64,000 bases of DNA from an uncultured Actinomycetota bacterium (GTDB taxonomy: Bacteria > Actinomycetota > Actinomycetes > Actinomycetales > Micrococcaceae). Location of the stretch: NCBI GenBank assembly GCA_963769515.1, contig CAVYMG010000015.1, forward strand, positions 3,450 to 67,449. Direction: 5' to 3'. The notes under the pieces are model-generated. The model was not told where the DNA came from, ran no database searches, and worked only from the letters and a program-made list of their open reading frames with translations. Every line of letters begins with the position of its first letter. Position 1 is the stretch's first letter. Below are positions 27,509 through 36,169 of the stretch, one piece after another. Both the position numbers and the translations under genes were made by a program.

Positions 27509-28825
27509 CTACTGGGCGGCGTAAAGCGCAGCCGCCTGGGCTTCCAGGTTCTTGATATCGACGCTGCCGTCCTTGATGAAGGTCTGCAGGGCCGGGATCA
27601 TGACGTTGTTCGCCATCGCGGGCAGGGCGTCACGGTCGAAGAACTGGCTGATGCTCTTGGCGTTGGCGATCACGTCGGCCATCTTTTGGGTCAGCGGCGA
27701 GTACTTGGACGTATCGACGCCCTTGGCTGCGGCGATGTTCGCGGTGTCGACCGACTGGTAGACGTCCTGGGCTTCGGGGGTGCCGACGTAGGCCATGAAG
27801 TCACGGGCGGACTGGTTCTCGCCGCCCTTCTTGGTCAGCAGCAGGCCGTCAATGGGGGCCTCGACCGCGTCGCGGCCCTCCATGGCGATCTCCGGGAACG
27901 GGAAGAAGTCGATGTCATCGGCGATGGCCTGATCCGTGTACTGCTGGGTCAGGAAGGAACCGAGCAGGTACATGCCGGATTTCTTGTCGGCGATGTTCTT
28001 CGCGGCGTCCTGCCAGGTCATGCCCAGGGCGTTGGGGTTCTGGTAGGGAAGCATGGCCTTCCAGGTATCGAAGACGTCGCTGACCTTCTTCTGGTCCCAG
28101 GACTCTTTGTGGGCCGTGAGGTCCATGTGGAACTGGTAGCCGTTGAGGCGCATGTTGATGTAGTCGAATGTGCCCATCGCGGGCCAGCCGTCCTTGTCCG
28201 CGAATTCGATCGGGATGAGGCCGTCGGCCTGCATCTTCTTCGAGAGCGTCAGCAGTTCGTCAAACGTGACGGGAACTTCGTAGCCCTTTTCGGCCCACAG
28301 GCTCTTGCGGTAGAAGAAACCCCAGGGGTAGTTGTAATTGGGGACGAAGTACATCTTGCCGTCCAGGCCGGTGGAGGCCTTCTTCATGCCCTCGGAGAAG
28401 TTGCCGCCGATTTTCTCCCAGACGTCGTCGATGGGCGCCAGCAGGCCCTTCTCCGCGTAGTACTGCATGCGGTAGCCCGAGAACCAGGTGAAGGTGTCAT
28501 CCGGGCTGCCCTGCAGGTAGGTGTTGATCTTGTTCTGGAAGTCGTTGTGGGGGACCACGTTGGTGCGGACTTCGACGCCGCTCTTCTTCGTGAACGCGTC
28601 CGTGACGGCCTTGTAGGCGGCCTGCGGGACGGCGTCGGATGCGCCGGAGCCGAACGTCACGGTCTGGCTGCCGCCTGCTGCGCCCCCGCCGCCGCCCGTG
28701 CAGGCCGCCAGCGCCGGGATGCCCGCCATGGCTACGGCGCCGACGCCGAGGGTTTTCAGCAGGGTCCGGCGGTTCAGGCCGCTGCGGGTGGATGCGGTGC
28801 GCAGGGCGTCTTCGGGGACGGTCAT
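27509..28825 (-). CDS. Carbohydrate ABC transporter substrate-binding lipoprotein (Tat-type signal)
   Basis: RRTLLK twin-arginine motif and LAAC lipobox; AAGGAG RBS before ATG 28825. Confidence 0.9.
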   Translation of the reverse strand: MTVPEDALRTASTRSGLNRRTLLKTLGVGAVAMAGIPALAACTGGGGGAAGGSQTVTFGSGASDAVPQAAYKAVTDAFTKKSGVEVRTNVVPHNDFQNKINTYLQGSPDDTFTWFSGYRMQYYAEKGLLAPIDDVWEKIGGNFSEGMKKASTGLDGKMYFVPNYNYPWGFFYRKSLWAEKGYEVPVTFDELLTLSKKMQADGLIPIEFADKDGWPAMGTFDYINMRLNGYQFHMDLTAHKESWDQKKVSDVFDTWKAMLPYQNPNALGMTWQDAAKNIADKKSGMYLLGSFLTQQYTDQAIADDIDFFPFPEIAMEGRDAVEAPIDGLLLTKKGGENQSARDFMAYVGTPEAQDVYQSVDTANIAAAKGVDTSKYSPLTQKMADVIANAKSISQFFDRDALPAMANNVMIPALQTFIKDGSVDIKNLEAQAAALYAAQ

Positions 28826-28851
28826 GGTTTCTCCTTTGAAAAACAGCGGCG

Positions 28852-28867
28852 TGTGAAGCACTTCACA
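28852..28867. promoter_or_regulatory. CRP/GlxR-type palindrome TGTGA-N6-TCACA
   Basis: TGTGAAGCACTTCACA, between the -10 box and the RBS of the ABC operon. Confidence 0.6.
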
Positions 28868-28876
28868 TAATTAACT

Positions 28877-28904
28877 ATCATAATCGCACAATTTAGAACG
28901 TCAA
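28877..28904 (-). promoter_or_regulatory. SigmaA-type promoter of the galactoside operon
   Basis: Minus strand TTGACG, 16 bp spacer, TATGAT in an AT-rich patch. Confidence 0.65.
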
Positions 28905-29124
28905 GTGGCAAAAAGGAACATTCCGGCGATCGGGGAGTGTTGCGGCTTCCGGCGGGCCGCCCTTTGTATGACGGTCCGGCCCGCCTCGGGCCGGAACGAG
29001 TAGTCCCTACCGTTGACTCGGGCGGGGCCCGCTCCTAGCGTTAACCACCCCGGGTGCCGACGTGGTCCGCCGACAGGTGGCAGCACCCTCCATGACGGAC
29101 CCAGGCCAGGATCCAGGTGACGGT

Positions 29125-30516
29125 ATGAAACTCAAGCCCACGACCATCGCGACCCTTGTGACGCTTGTGCTGCTGACCGGGGTCCTGGAAGGGGCGGCGT
29201 CGCCGTCGTCCGCGCCCGCAACCGCGGTGCCCGCAACCGCGGTGCCGGCCGCGGCACCGGCGGAAACGACGCGGAAGGCTGCCGCGCCGACCACCTACTA
29301 CGTCAGCGATGCCGGCCATGACGACAACTCCGGCACATCCGAAAAATCGCCGTGGAGAACACTGTCCAGGGTCAACGACGCCGTTCTGTCGCCCGGTGAC
29401 CGCGTCAGCCTGCGCCGGGGCGACACCTGGAACGGCGGCCTGATCCTCGCGCACAGCGGAACCGCGGACGCCCCCATCGTCGTCGGCAGCTACGGAAAAG
29501 GCGACCCGCCCGCTATCGTGGCGGGTGATTCCGGGAGCTGCGTGCGGGTCTTGGGTGACCATGTCGTCGTGGATGGCCTGCGCGCCGCGGGCTGCGGCTA
29601 TGCGGGATTCAGCATCGACGGCGACCGGACCGTCGTGAAAAACTCCGTGGCGGAGGGCAATGCGGCGGGCATCAAGGTCAGCGACGGTTCGGACTTCGGG
29701 CGCTACACGGACAACCGCCTGGTGGATAACAACATCATGAACGAGAACACCCCCGGGACCGGCTGCGGGACCGCCCAAAGCGTCGCCTGCAGCGACGACT
29801 CGGGCGCCTTCGGGTTCCTGATCAACGGCAACGACAACGAATTCTCGGGTAATACCATCACCGGATCCACTGCTCCGTCCCATGACTTCATCCAGGACGG
29901 CAGTGCATTCGAGATCTACAACGGCAGCCGCAACAAGATCCATCACAACAAGGCGCTGGACAACAACGTCTTCTCCGAGATTGGCCGTTCCACCGGAAAA
30001 GCGGATGGGAACACGTTCAGCTACAACCTGGTCCGGTCTACGTGCGGAACGGACTGCGCCAAGACCGCGGGGCTGATTGTCCGCGGACCGAAGAGCCCCT
30101 ACGGGCCGACGAACGGCACGGTCTTTGAGCACAACACCGTCTGGCTCGACGGGCCGGAGTCCAAGGCGGTGGTCTGCTATGCCTCGTGTCCTGCATCCAC
30201 GGTGATCCGCGGAAACATCCTGGTGGCCGTCCGCAACTCCCTCTGGATCGATGGCACCGGCTGGACCGAACGGCAGAACGTCCTCAACGGTCCCAGCAAT
30301 GTCGCCCCGGACAAGTCCTCCACGACGGCCCCGGCCGGCTTCGTGAACGCGCCGTCCGACCTCCGCCTGACAGCGGCAAGCCCCGCGGTCGATCTGGCCA
30401 CTGCCAGCACCCCCGGCGTGGATCTGGACGGACGCCCCGCCGTGCAGAAGGGCGGCTGTGCCGGCACCAAAATCCCCGACGCCGGCGCGTACGAGTACTC
30501 CCCGCCCGGCTGCTGA
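29125..30516 (+). CDS. Secreted right-handed parallel beta-helix (pectin-lyase fold) protein
   Basis: Signal peptide, Ala/Pro/Thr linker, YYVSDAGHDDNSGTSEKSPWRTL, Asn-ladder repeats, C-terminal DAGAYE; start could be 29062. Confidence 0.75.
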   Translation: MKLKPTTIATLVTLVLLTGVLEGAASPSSAPATAVPATAVPAAAPAETTRKAAAPTTYYVSDAGHDDNSGTSEKSPWRTLSRVNDAVLSPGDRVSLRRGDTWNGGLILAHSGTADAPIVVGSYGKGDPPAIVAGDSGSCVRVLGDHVVVDGLRAAGCGYAGFSIDGDRTVVKNSVAEGNAAGIKVSDGSDFGRYTDNRLVDNNIMNENTPGTGCGTAQSVACSDDSGAFGFLINGNDNEFSGNTITGSTAPSHDFIQDGSAFEIYNGSRNKIHHNKALDNNVFSEIGRSTGKADGNTFSYNLVRSTCGTDCAKTAGLIVRGPKSPYGPTNGTVFEHNTVWLDGPESKAVVCYASCPASTVIRGNILVAVRNSLWIDGTGWTERQNVLNGPSNVAPDKSSTTAPAGFVNAPSDLRLTAASPAVDLATASTPGVDLDGRPAVQKGGCAGTKIPDAGAYEYSPPGC

Positions 30517-30577
30517 TCCCCCTGCCGGCCCCCGCGGTCCCAATCGGCAGGCGCGGTTGTGCCGCGTTCCGGGCGGC

Positions 30578-30632
30578 TTGACAGATATCTACTGAACCGG
30601 TTTAGTGGTAGCAATCACTTAACCGGTTCAGT
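30578..30632 (+). promoter_or_regulatory. Promoter with two LacI-type operators
   Basis: TTGACA at 30578; ACTGAACCGGTTTAGT (30591-30606) and ACTTAACCGGTTCAGT (30617-30632). Confidence 0.7.
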
Positions 30633-30674
30633 GCGCTTGTTTGCCACTGGACGCAACCCGGAGGATCCGGCCCC

Positions 30675-31691
30675 ATGGCAGTTACCATCAGCGACGTCGC
30701 CCAGGCGGCAGGCGTCAGCAAGGGTGCCGTCTCCTACGCCCTCAACGGCCTGCCCGGTGTCAGCCAAGACACCCGGGACCGCATCCTTCAGGTCGCCAAG
30801 GATCTGGGCTGGACCCCGAACCTTAGGGCCAAGGGCCTGTCCTCGGCCAAGGCCTACGCCCTCGGGCTGGTCGTGGCCCGGGATCCATCACTGCTGGGGA
30901 CGGACCCGTTCTTTCCCGCTTTCATCGCCGGCATCGAAACGGCGCTCGCCGAAGACGAGTACACCCTGGTCCTGAGCGTTGCAACCGCACCCGGCGCGGA
31001 AGAGCGCTGCTACCGCAAGCTTGTGGACAACGGGCGGGTCGACGGCGTTATCCTTACCGATGTCCGGCGCCATGACTCCCGCATCGCGTTGCTCCTGGAA
31101 CTCAAGCTCCCGGCGGTGACCCTGAACCGGCCCGACGCCGCCTCGCCGTTCCCGGCGGTTTCGGTGGACGAGTCCGCCGGCATCGTGGCCGCCGTCGAGC
31201 ACCTGCTGACGCTGGGCCACACCCGGATCGCGCACGTCGGCGGCGGGCAGGAATACATCCACGGGCGTTCCCGGCGGGCCGCGTGGGAGGGGGCCATGAC
31301 CCGGGCGGGCCTTTCCGCGGAGCTCTTCGCGGCCGCAGACTTCACTGCGGCCGGGGGCGTCGCCGCCACCGCGGATCTGCTCCGCCGGCCGGAACGGCCC
31401 ACGGCCATTGTCTACGCCAATGACCTCATGGCGACCGCGGGGCAATCCTACGTCCAGGGCCTCGGGCTCAGGGTCCCGGATGATCTGTCCATTACCGGCT
31501 ACGACAACGCCGAGTTCACCCAGTACCTGAACCCTCCGCTCACCACCCTTGCCACGGACCCCATGATGTGGGGCCGCGTGGCCGCCGGGATCCTCCTGAA
31601 ACAGCTGAACGGAACCCACGGCGGGGAGGACACGGCCCTCCCCGCGCCGCAATTGCTGGTCAGGGCCTCGACAGGTCCTGTGCCCGCCTAG
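30675..31691 (+). CDS. LacI family transcriptional regulator
   Basis: TISDVAQAAGVSKGAVSYALN HTH, ITGYDN. Confidence 0.95.
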   Translation: MAVTISDVAQAAGVSKGAVSYALNGLPGVSQDTRDRILQVAKDLGWTPNLRAKGLSSAKAYALGLVVARDPSLLGTDPFFPAFIAGIETALAEDEYTLVLSVATAPGAEERCYRKLVDNGRVDGVILTDVRRHDSRIALLLELKLPAVTLNRPDAASPFPAVSVDESAGIVAAVEHLLTLGHTRIAHVGGGQEYIHGRSRRAAWEGAMTRAGLSAELFAAADFTAAGGVAATADLLRRPERPTAIVYANDLMATAGQSYVQGLGLRVPDDLSITGYDNAEFTQYLNPPLTTLATDPMMWGRVAAGILLKQLNGTHGGEDTALPAPQLLVRASTGPVPA

Positions 31692-31769
31692 CTGCCGGCC
31701 CGCCCCTTCATTTCCCCGCACCCCTACTTGAACCGCACGAACACCCCAATACCCTCCCAAGGAGACGCA

Positions 31770-33071
31770 ATGAAGCGCTTTTCGACTGCCACGCGCGTAC
31801 TGTCCGTGGCTGCACTGACCGTGATGGGTGCCGGCCTCGCCGGCTGTGGAGGCGGGGCAGGCGGCAGCAGCGCCGAGTCCGCCACCACGGCCAAGGGCCC
31901 CATCAAGATCTGGTACTCCAACAACGAGTTCGAGGTGAAGTGGGGCAAGGCCATGGTCGAGGAATGGAATGCCGCGCACCCGGACCAGTTGGTCGATGCA
32001 CAGGAAATCCCCGCGGGCAAGAGCTCGGAGGAAGTCATCAGCGCGGCCATTACCGCCGGAAACGCCCCGTGCCTGGTCTTCAACACCGCGCCCGTCGGCG
32101 TTCCCCAGTTCCAGAAACAGGGCGGGCTGGTTCCGCTGGACTCATTCCCTGACGGCGTCCAGTACATCAAGGACCGGACCGGCGAGCTCGCGGACCAGTA
32201 CAAGTCCGCCGATGGCAAGACCTATCAGATGCCGTGGAAGTCCAACCCGGTGGTCCTGTTCTATAACAAGGACCTTTTTGCCAAGGCCGGCCTGGATCCT
32301 GAGAATCCCCAGCTGGGTACGCATGCCGAGTTCCTGGAGACGGCGCGGACCCTGGTGGACTCGGGTGCCGTAGACAACGCCGTCTGGCCCTCCCCGGCGA
32401 GCGACTTCTACCAGTCATGGTTCGACTTCTACCCGTTCTACGCTGCCAACGCCCAGGGCACCCAGCTGGTGCAGGATGGCCAGGCAACTTTCGCCAGCGA
32501 AGAGGGCAAGCAGGTCGCCGGCATGTTCGAGACCCTCTACAAGGAAAACCTGGCTTCCAAAGAGGTCTATCAGGGCGATTCCTTCGCCGAAGGCAAGGCC
32601 GCCATGTCCCTGGCCGGGCCATGGGCAATCGCGGTTTACAAGGACAAAGTCAACTGGGGCACCGTCCCGGTGCCGGCAGCCAGCGCCCAGACCGATGGCT
32701 ACACCTTCGCTGATGCCAAGAACGTTGCCATGTACTCCGCCTGCGAGAACCAGGGCACGGCCTGGGACGTGCTGAAGTTCGCCACCAGCAAGGAACAGGA
32801 CGGCGAGCTCCTCGCCGCGACCGGCCAGATGCCGATGCGCCAGGACCTCCCGGAAGCCTACGGCGACTACTTCGCAGCGAACCCGCTGTACACGCAGTTC
32901 GCTGACCAGGCCGGCCGGACCGTCGAGGTTCCCAACGTGTCCAACTCGGTGGAAATCTGGCAGACCTTCCGCACCGCGTACGCCAAGTCCGTGATCTTCG
33001 GCAATGAAAGCATCGACAACGCGTTCCAGGGTGCCGCCGAGAAGATCAACCAGCTGGCAGCGCAGAAGTAG
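31770..33071 (+). CDS. Carbohydrate ABC transporter substrate-binding lipoprotein
   Basis: LAGC lipobox; AAGGAG RBS before ATG 31770. Confidence 0.9.
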   Translation: MKRFSTATRVLSVAALTVMGAGLAGCGGGAGGSSAESATTAKGPIKIWYSNNEFEVKWGKAMVEEWNAAHPDQLVDAQEIPAGKSSEEVISAAITAGNAPCLVFNTAPVGVPQFQKQGGLVPLDSFPDGVQYIKDRTGELADQYKSADGKTYQMPWKSNPVVLFYNKDLFAKAGLDPENPQLGTHAEFLETARTLVDSGAVDNAVWPSPASDFYQSWFDFYPFYAANAQGTQLVQDGQATFASEEGKQVAGMFETLYKENLASKEVYQGDSFAEGKAAMSLAGPWAIAVYKDKVNWGTVPVPAASAQTDGYTFADAKNVAMYSACENQGTAWDVLKFATSKEQDGELLAATGQMPMRQDLPEAYGDYFAANPLYTQFADQAGRTVEVPNVSNSVEIWQTFRTAYAKSVIFGNESIDNAFQGAAEKINQLAAQK

Positions 33072-33084
33072 CCGGTGATCGTAT

Positions 33085-34050
33085 ATGTCGCTTCGCTCAG
33101 CTGACGGCGGTACTTCCCCCGGAGGCCCCGGCCTGCAGGCCCCGGCAGGGCAGCCGGCGGCCAGGAAACGCAAGAACTTCCTCGGCCGCCAGCCGCTGGG
33201 GCTGCTGTTCAGCGCCCCGTACCTCATCTTCGTCCTAGGGGTGCTGGCATACCCGCTGGGCTACGCCGTATACATCTCCTTTCACGACTACTTCTTCGCC
33301 GCGCCGGGCGTCAAGATCGACCGTCCCTTCGTCGGCCTGGAGAACTACATCGCCGTCCTGTCCGATCCGGCCGTGCAGCGGTCCTTCGCGAACATCGGTG
33401 TCTTTATGGTCATCAACGTTCCGCTGACGGTGGGCCTCTCCCTGATCCTGGCGACCGCACTCAACCGCGTGACCAGGCTCAAGACGTTCTTCCGGGTCAG
33501 TTACTACGTCCCGTACGTCACGGCGAGCGTCGCCGTCGTGGGGGTGTGGCTGTTCCTGTTCCAGCAGAACGGTCTCGTCAACGACCTGCTGGGACCGCTG
33601 GCCCCTGAGCCGTCGTGGCTGACGAACTCATGGCTGGCGATGCCCACCGTGGCGCTCTATGTGACCTGGAAACAGCTGGGCTTCTTCATCCTGCTGTATC
33701 TGGCCGCGCTGCAGAACATCCCGGACGAATTGTACGAATCCGCCCAGGTGGACGGCGGCAACAAGTGGGTCCAGTTCTGGAACATCACCGTTCCGGGGGT
33801 CCGGTCGGCCAGTGTCCTCGTGACCCTGCTGGCCACCATCACCGGCGCCAACCTCTTCACCGAGCCCTACCTGCTCACCGCCGGCGGCGGCCCGGACGGC
33901 GCCTCCACCTCCCCGGTGTTCCTCATGTACCAGAAGGGCATCCTGCAGGGGAACCCCGACCTGGCCGCCGCGCTGGGCGTGGTGCTGGTGATCGGCGTGC
34001 TGCTGATCACCCTGATCCAGAAACGCCTCGTGGGCGGGAAGGAGGACTGA
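33085..34050 (+). CDS. Carbohydrate ABC transporter permease
   Basis: ELYESAQVDGG EAA loop, TM helices. Confidence 0.92.
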   Translation: MSLRSADGGTSPGGPGLQAPAGQPAARKRKNFLGRQPLGLLFSAPYLIFVLGVLAYPLGYAVYISFHDYFFAAPGVKIDRPFVGLENYIAVLSDPAVQRSFANIGVFMVINVPLTVGLSLILATALNRVTRLKTFFRVSYYVPYVTASVAVVGVWLFLFQQNGLVNDLLGPLAPEPSWLTNSWLAMPTVALYVTWKQLGFFILLYLAALQNIPDELYESAQVDGGNKWVQFWNITVPGVRSASVLVTLLATITGANLFTEPYLLTAGGGPDGASTSPVFLMYQKGILQGNPDLAAALGVVLVIGVLLITLIQKRLVGGKED

Positions 34051-34051
34051 C

Positions 34052-34984
34052 ATGTCGATTCTTAACAAGCCAGCGGCCACCAGCAGCGGCGACGAGGGCG
34101 CTCGCCGCTCCGCCAAGCCGTCCGCCCCCGCAGGGGACTCTCACGTGGAGAAGCGCAAAAATCTCGGCATCGGCAGTTTCGTCTTGCTGGCGGTGGGAGC
34201 GTTTGTGTTCCTGTTCCCCTTCTACTACATGTTCATCGGTTCGCTGCAGACGTCTCCGGACACAACGGTGGCCGGTGCGTTCCCTAACCCGGCCAACATC
34301 ACCGGCGAGAACTACGTAGACATCAACAACTCCATCAACCTCTTCAAAGGCCTGATCAACTCGGGCATCTTCACCGGTGGCGTCATCTTCTTCACCGTGG
34401 TCTTCGGTCTCCTCGTCGGCTACGCCCTGGCGCAGATGGAATTCCGCGGCCGCGGGATGATCTTCGGGTTGATGCTGCTGGTCCAGATGGTGCCGTTCCA
34501 GCTGCTCCTGATCCCGCTGTACGTCATGATCGTGCGGGATTACGGCCTCGCCGACACGTACCTGGGCATGATCCTGCCGTTCGCCATCAACTCCACGGCG
34601 GTGTTCGTTTTCCGCCAGTACTTCAAGCAGTTGCCCTCGACTCTCTTCGAGGCGGCCCGGATCGATGGCGCCTCGGAACTGCGGATCCTTTGGCAGATCG
34701 CCATCCCGCTGGTCAGGCCCGCCATCGTTACCGCCATCCTGCTGACCTTCATCGGGCCCTGGAACGAGTTCCTCTGGCCGTTCCTGGTCACCAAGGACCA
34801 GTCCATCCAGCCGCTCGCGGTCTCCCTGGCCAACTACATCTCCAACATTTCAGCGACGGCATCCAACCCCTTCGGCGGAATTCTCGCCGGGGCTTGCGTT
34901 TTGGCGGCACCCGCCGTCGCGCTCTTCATCCTCTTCCAGCGTCAATTCATCTCCACCAATATCGGATCAAGCGTAAAGGGCTAA
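34052..34984 (+). CDS. Carbohydrate ABC transporter permease
   Basis: LFEAARIDGAS, WNEFLWP. Confidence 0.92.
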   Translation: MSILNKPAATSSGDEGARRSAKPSAPAGDSHVEKRKNLGIGSFVLLAVGAFVFLFPFYYMFIGSLQTSPDTTVAGAFPNPANITGENYVDINNSINLFKGLINSGIFTGGVIFFTVVFGLLVGYALAQMEFRGRGMIFGLMLLVQMVPFQLLLIPLYVMIVRDYGLADTYLGMILPFAINSTAVFVFRQYFKQLPSTLFEAARIDGASELRILWQIAIPLVRPAIVTAILLTFIGPWNEFLWPFLVTKDQSIQPLAVSLANYISNISATASNPFGGILAGACVLAAPAVALFILFQRQFISTNIGSSVKG

Positions 34985-34987
34985 CCT

Positions 34988-36082
34988 ATGACTTCCCCCC
35001 AAACCCCCACCCTGCCCACCGTCCCCTTCACCCTCACCCGCGCCGGCGTCATCATGAGTCCCGAGCCCGGCAACGAGTTCGAGGCTGAAGGCGTACTCAA
35101 CCCGGCCAGCGGCCGCGGCACCGACGGGGAGCTCTACCTGCTGCCCCGTCTCGTGGCCACCGGCAACGTCTCCCGCGTGGGACTGGCCAAGATCGTGATC
35201 GAGGACGGCGTCCCCACGGGCGTCGAACGCGAGGGAATCGTCCTGGCGCCCGACGAGGGATGGGAACGCGGCCTGAACAACGCCGGCACCGAAGACCCCC
35301 GCACCACGTGGGTGCCCAGCCTCGGCAAGCACCTCATGACGTACGTTGCCTACGGCCCGCTGGGTCCGCGGCTCGCGTTCGCCCACTCCGAGGACCTGCG
35401 CAGCTGGGAACGGCTGGGCCCGTGCCTCTTCGGCTACCAGGCCGACCTCTCCCTGGACCTGAACCTGTTCCCGAACAAGGACGCCGTGTTCTTCCCGGAA
35501 CCGGTCAACGACCCCGACGGCGTGCCGTCCTACGCGATGCTGCACCGCCCCATGTGGGACCTTGGCTGGATCCGCGACGGCGAGGGCGAACACCTGCCGG
35601 CCGGCGTCACCGACAACCGTCCCGGCATCTGGATCTCCTACGCGCCGGTCGCCGACGTGGAAAAGGACATCCGCAACCTCGTCCACATGGCCAAGCACCG
35701 CCTCGTGGCCCTGAGCGAATTCCCGTTCGAGGAACTCAAGATCGGCGCCGGTCCCGCACCGATCCGCGTGGACGAGGGCTGGCTGCTGATCCACCACGGT
35801 GTCGCCGGCGCCCTGGAGAAGTCCGCCTTCGACCACCAGCAGAAAGTCAACTACACCGCGGCAGCCATGATCCTGGACGCCGATGATCCGTCCAAGGTCA
35901 TTGCGCGCAGTGACAAGCCGCTGCTGGCGCCCGAGACCGAGGACGAAATCTCCGGAATCGTACCCAACGTGGTCTTCCCGACCGCGATCGAAAAAATCGG
36001 CGAGCAGCTGTTCGTCTTCTACGGGATGGCGGATTCGAAGATCGGCGTCGCCAAGCTCGACCGGATCCCCTCCGGAGCGTAA
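34988..36082 (+). CDS. GH130 family glycoside phosphorylase/hydrolase (beta-mannoside type)
   Basis: GVLNPAS, GTEDPR, NKDAVFFP, KIGAGPAP, WLLIHHGV, VPNVVFPT, YGMAD. Confidence 0.85.
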   Translation: MTSPQTPTLPTVPFTLTRAGVIMSPEPGNEFEAEGVLNPASGRGTDGELYLLPRLVATGNVSRVGLAKIVIEDGVPTGVEREGIVLAPDEGWERGLNNAGTEDPRTTWVPSLGKHLMTYVAYGPLGPRLAFAHSEDLRSWERLGPCLFGYQADLSLDLNLFPNKDAVFFPEPVNDPDGVPSYAMLHRPMWDLGWIRDGEGEHLPAGVTDNRPGIWISYAPVADVEKDIRNLVHMAKHRLVALSEFPFEELKIGAGPAPIRVDEGWLLIHHGVAGALEKSAFDHQQKVNYTAAAMILDADDPSKVIARSDKPLLAPETEDEISGIVPNVVFPTAIEKIGEQLFVFYGMADSKIGVAKLDRIPSGA

Positions 36083-36093
36083 GAGCCCGTCAG

Positions 36094-36123
36094 CGGGGGC
36101 CGGCGGCGACGCCGGCCCCCGTT
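36094..36123 (+). terminator. Strong intercistronic hairpin
   Basis: Perfect 12-bp stem CGGGGGCCGGCG / CGCCGGCCCCCG, then TT. Confidence 0.5.
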
Positions 36124-36169
36124 GCCCTGCCCTGACCCGCCCGCGCCAGACCCCCAAGGAGCACCGATC

